From Nannocystales bacterium (GTDB taxonomy: Bacteria; Myxococcota_A; Polyangia; Nannocystales; Nannocystaceae): DNA of 64,000 nucleotides. The stretch lies in the NCBI GenBank assembly GCA_050633305.1, contig JBOEGF010000014.1:395436-459435 (forward strand). Reading direction: 5' to 3'. Shown in pieces: positions 42,261 through 50,652 of this stretch (positions within the stretch are counted from its first letter, which is position 1; every line of letters begins with the position of its first letter). The position numbers and the translations under genes were made by a program. A model generated the notes under the pieces. It ran no database searches. It had not been told where the DNA came from and worked only from the letters and a program-made list of their open reading frames with translations.

Positions 42261-42277
42261 AGCAAGGCGCGTGCCAG
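42261..42277 (-). promoter_or_regulatory. Sigma-54 (-24/-12) promoter
   Basis: Minus strand reads CTGGCACGCGCCTTGCT, matching YTGGCACG-N4-TTGCW exactly. Confidence 0.75.
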
Positions 42278-42379
42278 AGAGCGGAGCCCCTGACTGCAGG
42301 GCCTTCGGTGCGGGTCGGTTGGGCAGCGTTGCCCGTGCTGCGCAAGGACCTGCTCGGATTGCGCAGCGAGGCTTGGAGC

Positions 42380-43141
42380 TCAGAGCACGAAGGGGATCAG
42401 CGCTCTACGCTCGGCCGGGTAGTTCGGAAAACGCTCGCGGTACCAACGGTGGTTCGCCAGTGCCCGAGGCCCGACGTTGGCCGCGGTGTACAGGGCGAAG
42501 GCCAGACCCGGAAGGGCCCAGGTGGCGATGGCAAACCCGGTCCACTCGATGATCTCACCGAGGTAGTTGGGGCAGCTGACGACACGGTACAGGCCACCCT
42601 TGGGGATCTTGTAGCCGGTCTCTCCTGGCTTGCGCAGGTTGATGAGGATCTGGTCCGAAGTGACGTTGATCCAAAACCCCGCTGCGAAGATGACGACCCC
42701 GACGATGAACCGAGGGTCCCACAGCCAGCTGGCGTCGTACCCGGCGAAGTGGCTGAGCCACGTTGCGTTGACGTAGGCGTTGAGAATGTTGAAGCCGACC
42801 GCCATCGCCGCGATCACGGCGGGCATGCTCTTGCCCTTGGTCCGAAGCCGGAACGGGAAGATGAAGGTGCGGTGGATGTAGTGCACTTGCCACAGCGAGA
42901 GCAGTGCAAGGGGGACGAGGTCCCAGCGGAGCTCTCCCTGCGCGTAGAACCACACGAAGACTCCGACGGCGGGGAATTCCATCACGATCCAGCCGATGCG
43001 GGAGGGGATCTGCGGGCCCCAGCCTCGTCGGACGTGCCGGCCATACGGCGCGTTGATGGCGAGCAGGGCGATGCACGTCAGGGCGGCCAGGGCGATCTCC
43101 AGCCACGTCATCCACCGATGAAAGTCGGCGTCGTGCATCAC
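42380..43141 (-). CDS. 3-oxo-5-alpha-steroid 4-dehydrogenase (SRD5A/DET2-like)
   Basis: APYGRH, WIVME, HYIHR, SDQIL.NLRKPGETGYKIP.GG, CPNYLGEIIEW, RALANHRWY. Confidence 0.9.
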   Translation of the reverse strand: MMHDADFHRWMTWLEIALAALTCIALLAINAPYGRHVRRGWGPQIPSRIGWIVMEFPAVGVFVWFYAQGELRWDLVPLALLSLWQVHYIHRTFIFPFRLRTKGKSMPAVIAAMAVGFNILNAYVNATWLSHFAGYDASWLWDPRFIVGVVIFAAGFWINVTSDQILINLRKPGETGYKIPKGGLYRVVSCPNYLGEIIEWTGFAIATWALPGLAFALYTAANVGPRALANHRWYRERFPNYPAERRALIPFVL

Positions 43142-44190
43142 GCAGCGAGGACTGCGCCGTAGCGCTCGGGCTGGAGCTCGGCAGCGGGGCTCTTGAGGCT
43201 GCCGTGCGCTGCGAACCAGGCGTAGACGTCTCGTAGCGTGTGCAGAAGCGGACGCGGACGATAGTCGAGTTCGACACCGGCCTTGCTTCGCTCGAAGCGG
43301 ACGTCGCTTCGCAGCGCCATGAGGGACTCTTCGGTGTACAGCGGCTCCATCCGCATCAACTTCGCCGTGGCCTCCGCCGCAGGGGCGAAGAAGTTGGCGA
43401 GCGCCAGCGGCATGGTGAGCTTGGGAGCGCCGCGTCCGGTCACGTTCGCGGCTACGTGCGCCAGGTCGGGGATCGAGGCGAAGTTGCCGGAGAGGATGTA
43501 GCTCTCGCCGGTGCGGCCTTTGTCGGCCGCGGCGCGAATGCCCTGGCCAACATCACGAACATCGACCCAGTCGAAGCCTCCCCCGAGAAGGGCAGGCATG
43601 CGGCCGTTGCCCAGAGACAGCAGGACCTTGCCCATGCGTGACGGGCTGAAGTCGAACGGACCAATGACGCCTGAGGGGTGCACGATGACGGCGTCGAGCC
43701 CCTTGTCGACGAGCTTGCGAATCTCGACCTCGCCCGCCGCCTTGCTCGCGTCATAGGCAGGACACGTCTCCTCGCGTGAGCGCTTGTGCGTCTCGTCGAT
43801 GGTGCGAGGTTTCCCGGTCTGGCCGACGCCGAGCTCGAAGGCGTGCACCGAACTGACGTGAACCATGCGTTTTGCCCCGGCGGCGAGCGCTGCTTCACCG
43901 ACGTTGCGAGCGCCGTGCACGTTGACGGCGCGCACCTTGCCGTCCATCGGTCCCACGATCGAGATCAGAGCTGCAAGGTGATAGACGCGTTCGGCCCCCT
44001 CCACCAGAGGTTTTAGGGTGCTGGGCTGACAGATGTCGCCGCGCACGATCTCGATGTCGAGGCCTTCGAGCGATGGCGGCGCCTTTTCGTCGCGAATGAG
44101 CGCCCGCACCTCGTGCCCGTCGGCGAGAAGTTGTCGGATCAGGCAAGGCCCCAAGTGCCCTGTGCTTCCCGTGACTGCTACACGAGCCAT
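43138..44190 (-). CDS. Extended SDR (NAD-dependent epimerase/3-beta-HSD/HpnA-like)
   Basis: VTGSTGHLG, YHLAA, HVSS, YDASK; 4-bp overlap with the reductase gene. Confidence 0.88.
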   Translation of the reverse strand: MARVAVTGSTGHLGPCLIRQLLADGHEVRALIRDEKAPPSLEGLDIEIVRGDICQPSTLKPLVEGAERVYHLAALISIVGPMDGKVRAVNVHGARNVGEAALAAGAKRMVHVSSVHAFELGVGQTGKPRTIDETHKRSREETCPAYDASKAAGEVEIRKLVDKGLDAVIVHPSGVIGPFDFSPSRMGKVLLSLGNGRMPALLGGGFDWVDVRDVGQGIRAAADKGRTGESYILSGNFASIPDLAHVAANVTGRGAPKLTMPLALANFFAPAAEATAKLMRMEPLYTEESLMALRSDVRFERSKAGVELDYRPRPLLHTLRDVYAWFAAHGSLKSPAAELQPERYGAVLAA

Positions 44191-44501
44191 GGCCCGGAGA
44201 GTACCTGCGGGCTCGTCGGGACGCGAGGAGCCGCTCGGTGACGTGCAGGCCCAGCGCTCCTCGTAGCGCCGGCGCCGGGATAGCCGGTGTTCCCGCGGTG
44301 GCTCGTGGGGACGCGCACACCCAGGAACGCGAGCGGCAGGTGGTGTCACACGGCGATCGACAGAATCGCTGCGGAGGGCAGCTTCTCTCCGATTCGCGCC
44401 TCGGGGGCACGCGCCGGCGGAGATTCGATGGCTCCGAGGAAAATCGAAGTTTCTGGTGGGCGTGAGCGCAAACGAGTCTGGTTCGCGCATCCGTCATCAA
44501 C

Positions 44502-46004
44502 GTGGCCCGCTCGAACGCCCTCATCCCGCTCCGTCAACTCTTGGCGGCTGCGCTCCTGTCAACGTTCGCTTGCGATTCGGTGGACGATGCGGCGGATCCA
44601 GTCCTCGAGCTGAGCCAGCCCTCGAGGTCAGCGCCGCGGGCTCGCACCACCGGCTCGCTTGAACTTCCGGACCCTCCGGCGCCCCACGTCTTCGGCGGCG
44701 CAGAAGCGGAGCTGTGCCAATGGCCGACGACAGTGGCCGTGCTCGATGAGGCCTCGTTGTGCACGGGAACCTTGGTGCACCCGCAGGTGGTGACGTACGC
44801 CGCCCACTGCGGGAGCGTGGGCAAGACCATCGCGTTTGGCGAGAACCTCAGCGACGGCCCGATGCGGACAACCCAGCGTTGCGTTGCCAATCCGCAGTGG
44901 ACGGGTGCAGCGGACCAAGGTCAGGACTGGGCGTTCTGTGTGTTGGACGAGCCCATCCTCGACCTCCCCTTCTCCCCCCCCGCGTATGGGTGCGAGATTG
45001 AGCTCATCCAGCCCGAGCAAGGGGTTGTCATCGCAGGCTTCGGCGACGACGACTTCGGCGTCGCGGGGACGAAACGATGGGGGGCAACCAGCATCATGGC
45101 CACGGCGTCCGACACCGTGCAGATTGGCGGCCAAGGGACGGGGGTCGCCAACTGTCTCGGTGACTCCGGGGGGACGGCCTACCTGCCGATGCCCGACGGC
45201 TCCTTTCGCTCAATCTCCATCGGGTCGACGAGTCCCTCTCCCGTTTGCTCGGACGTCACGACCACGCACGCGTTGCTGCACGCCGCGGTCCCCTGGATCG
45301 AGGAAAACTCCGGGATTGACATCACGCCGTGTCACGACGCCGACGGGTCCTGGAATCCAACCCCGAGTTGCAGCGGCTTCTTCGGCGGTGGGAAGACGGC
45401 GTCGGGCACCTGGGAGAACATGTGTGAGGGCACCTTGGCCTCAGGCCGGGGTGCGCTGTGTGGCCCCGCCTTTGATGCACAGCCCGACGACCAGCCTCCA
45501 GCGGTCGTGGTGGTCGACCCCATGCAGGGAGCCGAGCTGGAGTCGGGCACCACATTCGACATCGACATCGAAGCCGTCGACGCAGGACAAGGCGTCGGGG
45601 AGGTCTGGATCGAAATCAACGGCCAGGAGCAGCCGGCCCGGGACACGCTACCGCCATTTGGATTTGCCAACGTTTCCCTCCCTGACGGTGTCTACACGTT
45701 CGTCGCCCACGCGACGGATTGGGCTGGCAATGAAGGGGTCTCCGAGCCCGTGACGATCGGGGTCAACGCACAAGTCCCCGATCCCCCCGACGCAAGTTCG
45801 GGAGGGGGAAGCTCGGGCCAGGAGACCGAAGACGCCCCGGGCGCCGAAACGGGCGGCGACTCGCCGTCTGACTCGGGCGGGAGCTCGGGTCCTGCGAGCT
45901 CCGACGGGGGCGGAGGAGGCGGTTGCCATGTTGAGACCGCCGGACCCAGCGGGTTTGTGCTGCTCGGCCTCTTCGGCCTCTTCGCACGACGCCGCCGGTC
46001 CTGA
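44502..46004 (+). CDS. Trypsin-like (S1) protease with Ig-like domain and MYXO-CTERM-like tail
   Basis: CTGTLV..YAAHC, DWAF, GDSGG; lipobox TFAC; GGGC...hydrophobic...RRRR. Confidence 0.9.
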   Translation: MARSNALIPLRQLLAAALLSTFACDSVDDAADPVLELSQPSRSAPRARTTGSLELPDPPAPHVFGGAEAELCQWPTTVAVLDEASLCTGTLVHPQVVTYAAHCGSVGKTIAFGENLSDGPMRTTQRCVANPQWTGAADQGQDWAFCVLDEPILDLPFSPPAYGCEIELIQPEQGVVIAGFGDDDFGVAGTKRWGATSIMATASDTVQIGGQGTGVANCLGDSGGTAYLPMPDGSFRSISIGSTSPSPVCSDVTTTHALLHAAVPWIEENSGIDITPCHDADGSWNPTPSCSGFFGGGKTASGTWENMCEGTLASGRGALCGPAFDAQPDDQPPAVVVVDPMQGAELESGTTFDIDIEAVDAGQGVGEVWIEINGQEQPARDTLPPFGFANVSLPDGVYTFVAHATDWAGNEGVSEPVTIGVNAQVPDPPDASSGGGSSGQETEDAPGAETGGDSPSDSGGSSGPASSDGGGGGGCHVETAGPSGFVLLGLFGLFARRRRS

Positions 46005-46043
46005 GGGGACACGCTCCGCACAACCGAAGCGTCTGATGGCGAG

Positions 46044-47504
46044 TCAAGGAACCATCAGGAAGATCGCGACTCCGCCCTGGTGGTCCTCGGTCGCGCTGTG
46101 GGCCACCGCGATGTCCGGGGCACCGTCGCCGTTGAAGTCCGAGACGTCGGCGGCGGTGGGGCGACCCATGAGCGGCATGGTCACCAGCTCAGCCAGGGTG
46201 CCGTCGCCGTTGCCGAGCGCGAGGAACAAGGCGGGATCGTCTTCGTCGGCCGAGACGATCATGACATCGAGGATGTCGTCGTTGTTGAGGTCGACCACGT
46301 CGACGTCGACGCTCCCGCTCGCCGGCACGACCATCACGGGGCCCCATGTACCGTCCCCCACTCCGGGGGCAATCGAGACCCCCGCCGAATGGGTCATCAA
46401 GATCTCAACCTCGCCGTCGCCATCGAGATCGGCCGCGGCGAGGTCGGTCGGCTCGCAGCCGGCCTCGCCACACATGGGAATGTCGGTGCCCAATCCACCC
46501 GTGAACGTTGCGTCACCGTTGCCGCGGACTGGGACCACCCCGCCGCCTCCAAACCTCGAGGCTACGACGACGTCGGCGAAACCGTCGCCATCGAACCCGA
46601 ACTCTGTGACGGCAACGTGAGAGTCGCCGCCGGTTGCCTGGACCGAACCGTCACTGCCGCCCCCGGATGGACCCGCGATGTAGTTGCCACCGGACATGCG
46701 GCCGAGGAAGACGTTGGTGTTGTATCCCTCGGTGGCGACGATATCGATCGCGGGGTCGAGGTCCATGTTGCCCACGCCCATGCCTTCGGGACCACCGAAG
46801 CCGAGGTCCACAAACCCTCCGCCTTGAAATGCTCCCACCCCGTTGTTGAGGAGCCATACGGCTTGGCGCGACGCCCCTGCGACGATGTCGATGTCTCCAT
46901 CGGGCTCGAGGTCAGTCGCAGCCAGGAAGCCCGGCCCGCCACCCCCGCCGCCACCGCCGTTTCCGACGTCCGCGGAGATCGGGGGGCCGAAGCCGCCCGC
47001 ACCGTCCGAGGGGGCGACGAAGATCGCGTTGTCCGCAGGGCTAATCGTGATGACGTCGACCCGGTCGGCGCCTTGGAGCCGCGCCAGCACGAGGTCCGTC
47101 GGGTTCACGCCCATGCCCGTAATGACCGTCTCCGGAGCGTTCGGGGGGCAGAGTTCTCCGGGGTCGGCATTGCCGTCGTCACAGGCCGCTGGGGGGTCTC
47201 CTGTCTCGGAGCCCGTCGCGGGATCGGTGGGGTCATTCGTCGTGCTGGTGGGGTCGTCCGTCGTGGTGGACCCCGTGTCGGCACCGCTGGTCGGGTCCGT
47301 GGGGTTCGTCGTGGGGCTCGTCGTGGTGGCGGGGTCGGTCGTGCCCATCGTCGCGGTGCTCTCCTCAGACCCGGAGCCGTCGGAACTGCCCATGGGGTCT
47401 GTGTCGACGGTTGCGTCATCCGGGTTGAAGCAAGCGGGCGTGGCGAGCAATGCGAGGGTCGCCAGGAGAGAAGTCGGTCGGGTAGGGATCCTAAGGTGAG
47501 TCAT
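46044..47504 (-). CDS. FG-GAP/VCBS repeat lipoprotein
   Basis: PACFNPDD; DLDGDG, DLNNDD, DFNGDG repeats. Confidence 0.88.
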   Translation of the reverse strand: MTHLRIPTRPTSLLATLALLATPACFNPDDATVDTDPMGSSDGSGSEESTATMGTTDPATTTSPTTNPTDPTSGADTGSTTTDDPTSTTNDPTDPATGSETGDPPAACDDGNADPGELCPPNAPETVITGMGVNPTDLVLARLQGADRVDVITISPADNAIFVAPSDGAGGFGPPISADVGNGGGGGGGGPGFLAATDLEPDGDIDIVAGASRQAVWLLNNGVGAFQGGGFVDLGFGGPEGMGVGNMDLDPAIDIVATEGYNTNVFLGRMSGGNYIAGPSGGGSDGSVQATGGDSHVAVTEFGFDGDGFADVVVASRFGGGGVVPVRGNGDATFTGGLGTDIPMCGEAGCEPTDLAAADLDGDGEVEILMTHSAGVSIAPGVGDGTWGPVMVVPASGSVDVDVVDLNNDDILDVMIVSADEDDPALFLALGNGDGTLAELVTMPLMGRPTAADVSDFNGDGAPDIAVAHSATEDHQGGVAIFLMVP

Positions 47505-47545
47505 GGCGGTTTCCTTGGCGATCAACGCGGCAAAGGAGCGAGCAA

Positions 47546-48904
47546 CTACGGCTGGGCGAGCATGACACGCAGCCCGTCTACGCTACCACTGTGGTAGGCG
47601 ACGTCGTTGGCTCCGTCATCGTCGAAGTCGGCGACGACGAACTGCACACACGGGCTGGCGCTGAAGTGTTCGGGGTCTTCGAGGGCGGCTGTACCGTCGG
47701 CCGCCCAAACACTGATCGAGGCCAGCACCCCGCGACCACAGGTGACGAGGTCGTCCCGCCCGTCATTGGTCAGGTCGGCGAAGAGCGCAGACCGTGGCTC
47801 GCCCACCGCATCGAGTTCGACCGGAGCGGCGGGGCCACCGGGGCCACCGACGAACAGAAGTACGTCGTCGCTCTGGGACCTTGGGAACGCTGCTTCCGCG
47901 ATGCCGTCGCCGTCGAGGTCCGCGCTCGCGGCTCGGCCACCGACGACCTCCAGTCCTACAGGGATGTCGGTGACCGTGAAGGTCCCATCGCCACTGCCCT
48001 GCACGAAGGCGATCACGTCGCGATTTGGCTGACCGACGAGGACATCAGGTACAGCGTCGCCGTTGAAGTCCCCCCACGCCAGCGGGCCAGCGCTCTGGAT
48101 CGGAGCGGCGGCGGAGAACGTGAAACTGCCGGTGCCGGCTCCTCGGCCAAACGCATAGCTGAAGCCGGTGCTTCGCAGTACGAACACGTCGAGCACGTCG
48201 TCTCCGTCAAAATCAGCCGGCGCCATGCCTCCGGCGTTGGCGATGTCGTCCAGCGCCGCAGCCCCCGACTGGGTGAACGTGCCGTCGCCGTTGCCGAGAA
48301 ATGTTGTGACCACGGACGAGCTGCCGTTCGCGATCAGGTCGAGGTCGCCGTCGGCGTTGACGTCTGCGATGACGACGTTGCCCGAGCCGATCGACCCCAC
48401 GGTGTCAAACGTGGGCTGAACCGAGAAGTTGCCCGCCCCATCGCCGAGGTGGAGCGTGGCGTCTCGATCGGTGGCGGACAGCAGGTCGACGAAACCGTCG
48501 TTGTCGAAGTCGCCGCCAAAAAGGAAGTCGGCCTGCGGGCTCGCGAGGGTCGCGATGGGTCCGAGGCAAACCTCGCCAGGGCTCACGAGCCCGTCTTCGC
48601 ACATCGCCGGTGGACCGCTGGTGTCTCCTGTCGAGCTGTCCTCGGTGCCCGAGTTGCCCGTCGGCGCCCCGGTCACTGAGTCGTTCGTCCCGCCCGGTCC
48701 TGTGGTCGGGGCCGCGCTCGTTACGCTCGCGCTGTCGCTGCTCCCGTGGCTCGTGCCGGCGGGGTCGGTCTCTGACTCGTCTCCGTCGGTCGCGGTGTCT
48801 TGGATGGCGGATTGAGGCGCGGTGTCGTCGGGGTTGAAACACGCCGTCGGCGCAACGAGGAGGGCGGCGGTGGCCAAGCTTGGGAAGAAGTGGAAGCGGA
48901 TCAT
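47546..48904 (-). CDS. FG-GAP/VCBS repeat lipoprotein
   Basis: TACFNPDD; seven D(F/V/L).(G/N)D..D repeats. Confidence 0.88.
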   Translation of the reverse strand: MIRFHFFPSLATAALLVAPTACFNPDDTAPQSAIQDTATDGDESETDPAGTSHGSSDSASVTSAAPTTGPGGTNDSVTGAPTGNSGTEDSSTGDTSGPPAMCEDGLVSPGEVCLGPIATLASPQADFLFGGDFDNDGFVDLLSATDRDATLHLGDGAGNFSVQPTFDTVGSIGSGNVVIADVNADGDLDLIANGSSSVVTTFLGNGDGTFTQSGAAALDDIANAGGMAPADFDGDDVLDVFVLRSTGFSYAFGRGAGTGSFTFSAAAPIQSAGPLAWGDFNGDAVPDVLVGQPNRDVIAFVQGSGDGTFTVTDIPVGLEVVGGRAASADLDGDGIAEAAFPRSQSDDVLLFVGGPGGPAAPVELDAVGEPRSALFADLTNDGRDDLVTCGRGVLASISVWAADGTAALEDPEHFSASPCVQFVVADFDDDGANDVAYHSGSVDGLRVMLAQP

Positions 48905-49247
48905 ATCCAAGCCCGGGACAAGCCTTCCATGGCTCACGGGCCATCGCAAGACGATGCGGCCAAGGGACAACGTGCCTCCTGGCCGGTCAGGCGGAGCGCA
49001 TTTTTTCGAAGCTTTCTCTGTTCGCCGCGCAAATCCGGTCCGGGCGCGCATCGATCAAGGTGTTCACCCCACGGCGCCCTGACGTCGCGTTGTCGCAACT
49101 GCGCCCTCGCCACGCACGAACGTGAAGACGTCCGTGCGCGGCAGGCCGGGCGGCATGGCGAGTTCATCCCAACGGTTTTTTCGGGGCGTCAGAAACATCG
49201 GACTCGCAGCAAAGAGCAGGGGTTCGCAGCAACGGGAGCGCACGACG

Positions 49248-50366
49248 ATGAAGATTCTGATCCCAACTCTCACCCAAGACATTCACGCCAAGGTCGTCGC
49301 GCGAGCGCTTCGCCAGGACGGTCATGAAGTGACGTTGTGGTACGGGAGCGACCTTCCCTCTCAGCAGACCGTCAGCCTGGAGATCGACGGGGGCACCTCG
49401 ACGTTGGATCTCGCGGGGCGGGAGTTGTCCGCGCAGGGACCGTTCGACGTCGTCTGGCTTCGACGCCCTGCCGACGCTGTGCTGCCTGAGGACATGCACC
49501 CGGGGGATCGAGAATTCGCGGAGCGGGAGTGGTACCGGTTTGCCCGGGCCCTGTGGAAAACGGTCGGCCGAGACGCGTTCTGGGTCAACCCTCTGGAGGG
49601 CGCGGCCCGTGCCACCTCCAAGACGCGTCAGCTCTTGGATGCCGCGGCGGTGGGGCTGTCGACGCCTCGAACGCTGTGCAGCAATGACCCTGAACGCATC
49701 CGGGCGTTCATTCGGGAGAGCCCCGCGCAGACTATCTACAAGCCGTTCTGCACGGGGCAGTGGAGGACCGAAGAAGGGTCGGCGTTTCTATTCACGGCCG
49801 TGGTCACAGACGCCGACCTTCCGCCCGACGATGTCCTGCGGCTGTGTCCGGGCATCTTTCAGCCGCGCGTCGAGAAGTCGCACGAACTGCGCATCACCGC
49901 GATGGGAGACCGGCTGTTTGCCGTTCGGCTCGAGTCCCAGTCGCTCGACCTGGCGCGTGTCGATTGGCGCGCAGGCACCCGCAACATCGACATGAAGGTC
50001 GTCGAGCTCGATCCCGACGTCGAGAAGCGATGTCGTGCGCTGATGCGCCGCCTCGGCCTGGTGTTCGGGTGCCTGGACTTCATCGTGACCCCGTCGGGGG
50101 AGCACGTGTTCCTGGAGGTGAACGAGATGGGGCAGTTCCTCTGGCTCGAGGAGTTGCTTCCCGAGTTGCCACTGCTCGATGCCTTCTGCGCCATGCTCAC
50201 CCAGCGGCGCCCGGACTTCGAATGGGACCCTGCAACGGCGGCTCGATCGTTCTCCTCGCTGCACGACCCCGAGCGTGAGGCCAAGGCCGACGCTCAACAC
50301 ACTCGGCACCCCCAACGGTACGTGATGGACGACCGCACCCGCGTGGCCCCATCGCCGAGCGCATGA
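49248..50366 (+). CDS. MvdC/MvdD-like ATP-grasp peptide ligase (graspetide synthetase)
   Basis: GGGAG RBS; WLRRP, FWVNP, SK..QL..A..VGL.TP.TL.SND, IYKP, PGIFQ..VEK..ELRIT, DWR, FGCLDFIV....VFLEVN..GQFLWLE. Confidence 0.9.
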   Translation: MKILIPTLTQDIHAKVVARALRQDGHEVTLWYGSDLPSQQTVSLEIDGGTSTLDLAGRELSAQGPFDVVWLRRPADAVLPEDMHPGDREFAEREWYRFARALWKTVGRDAFWVNPLEGAARATSKTRQLLDAAAVGLSTPRTLCSNDPERIRAFIRESPAQTIYKPFCTGQWRTEEGSAFLFTAVVTDADLPPDDVLRLCPGIFQPRVEKSHELRITAMGDRLFAVRLESQSLDLARVDWRAGTRNIDMKVVELDPDVEKRCRALMRRLGLVFGCLDFIVTPSGEHVFLEVNEMGQFLWLEELLPELPLLDAFCAMLTQRRPDFEWDPATAARSFSSLHDPEREAKADAQHTRHPQRYVMDDRTRVAPSPSA

Positions 50367-50407
50367 GATTCGCCGGGAATCCCTCGGCGATTGGATAGGA
50401 AAAAAAC

Positions 50408-50581
50408 ATGAAACAACCCAACAAGGTCAACAGCAAGAAAAACGAAACCGCCACCGGAAGCCGGATCCTCGGTCGGCGCCTCGCCAAAGAGATGACCTCC
50501 GAAGAGATTCACTCGGTCACCGGCGGCACCACGAGCTGCAGCTGCGGCGGCGCGGACGACTGCGACCAGCAGGCGTTCTAA
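50408..50581 (+). CDS. RiPP precursor peptide, 57 aa, double-glycine leader
   Basis: Hand translation MKQPNKVNSKKNETATGSRILGRRLAKEMTSEEIHSVTGG|TTSCSCGGADDCDQQAF; AGGA RBS at 50397; lies between the ligase and a C39 exporter. Confidence 0.88.
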   Translation: MKQPNKVNSKKNETATGSRILGRRLAKEMTSEEIHSVTGGTTSCSCGGADDCDQQAF

Positions 50582-50601
50582 GCACCGTAGCCGCTTGGCT
50601 C

Positions 50602-50640
50602 GGCCGTCTCCACCTCGACCGTTGTGGGGTCGGGACGGCC
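50602..50640 (+). terminator. Stem-loop after the precursor (partial terminator or mRNA stabiliser)
   Basis: GGCCGTCTC...GGGACGGCC arms with further inner pairing, followed by pyrimidine-rich TCCCTTTCTCTC. Confidence 0.6.
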
Positions 50641-50652
50641 TCCCTTTCTCTC

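Noticed and set aside
49122..49247. GTG start giving a 414-aa ATP-grasp protein
   Set aside because: ATG 49248 has a GGGAG RBS and begins the typical MKILI strand; the upstream residues look non-coding.
50294..50512. 72-aa minus-strand ORF over the precursor locus
   Set aside because: Antisense shadow of the A-rich precursor; the + strand ORF has an RBS, a GG leader and operon context.
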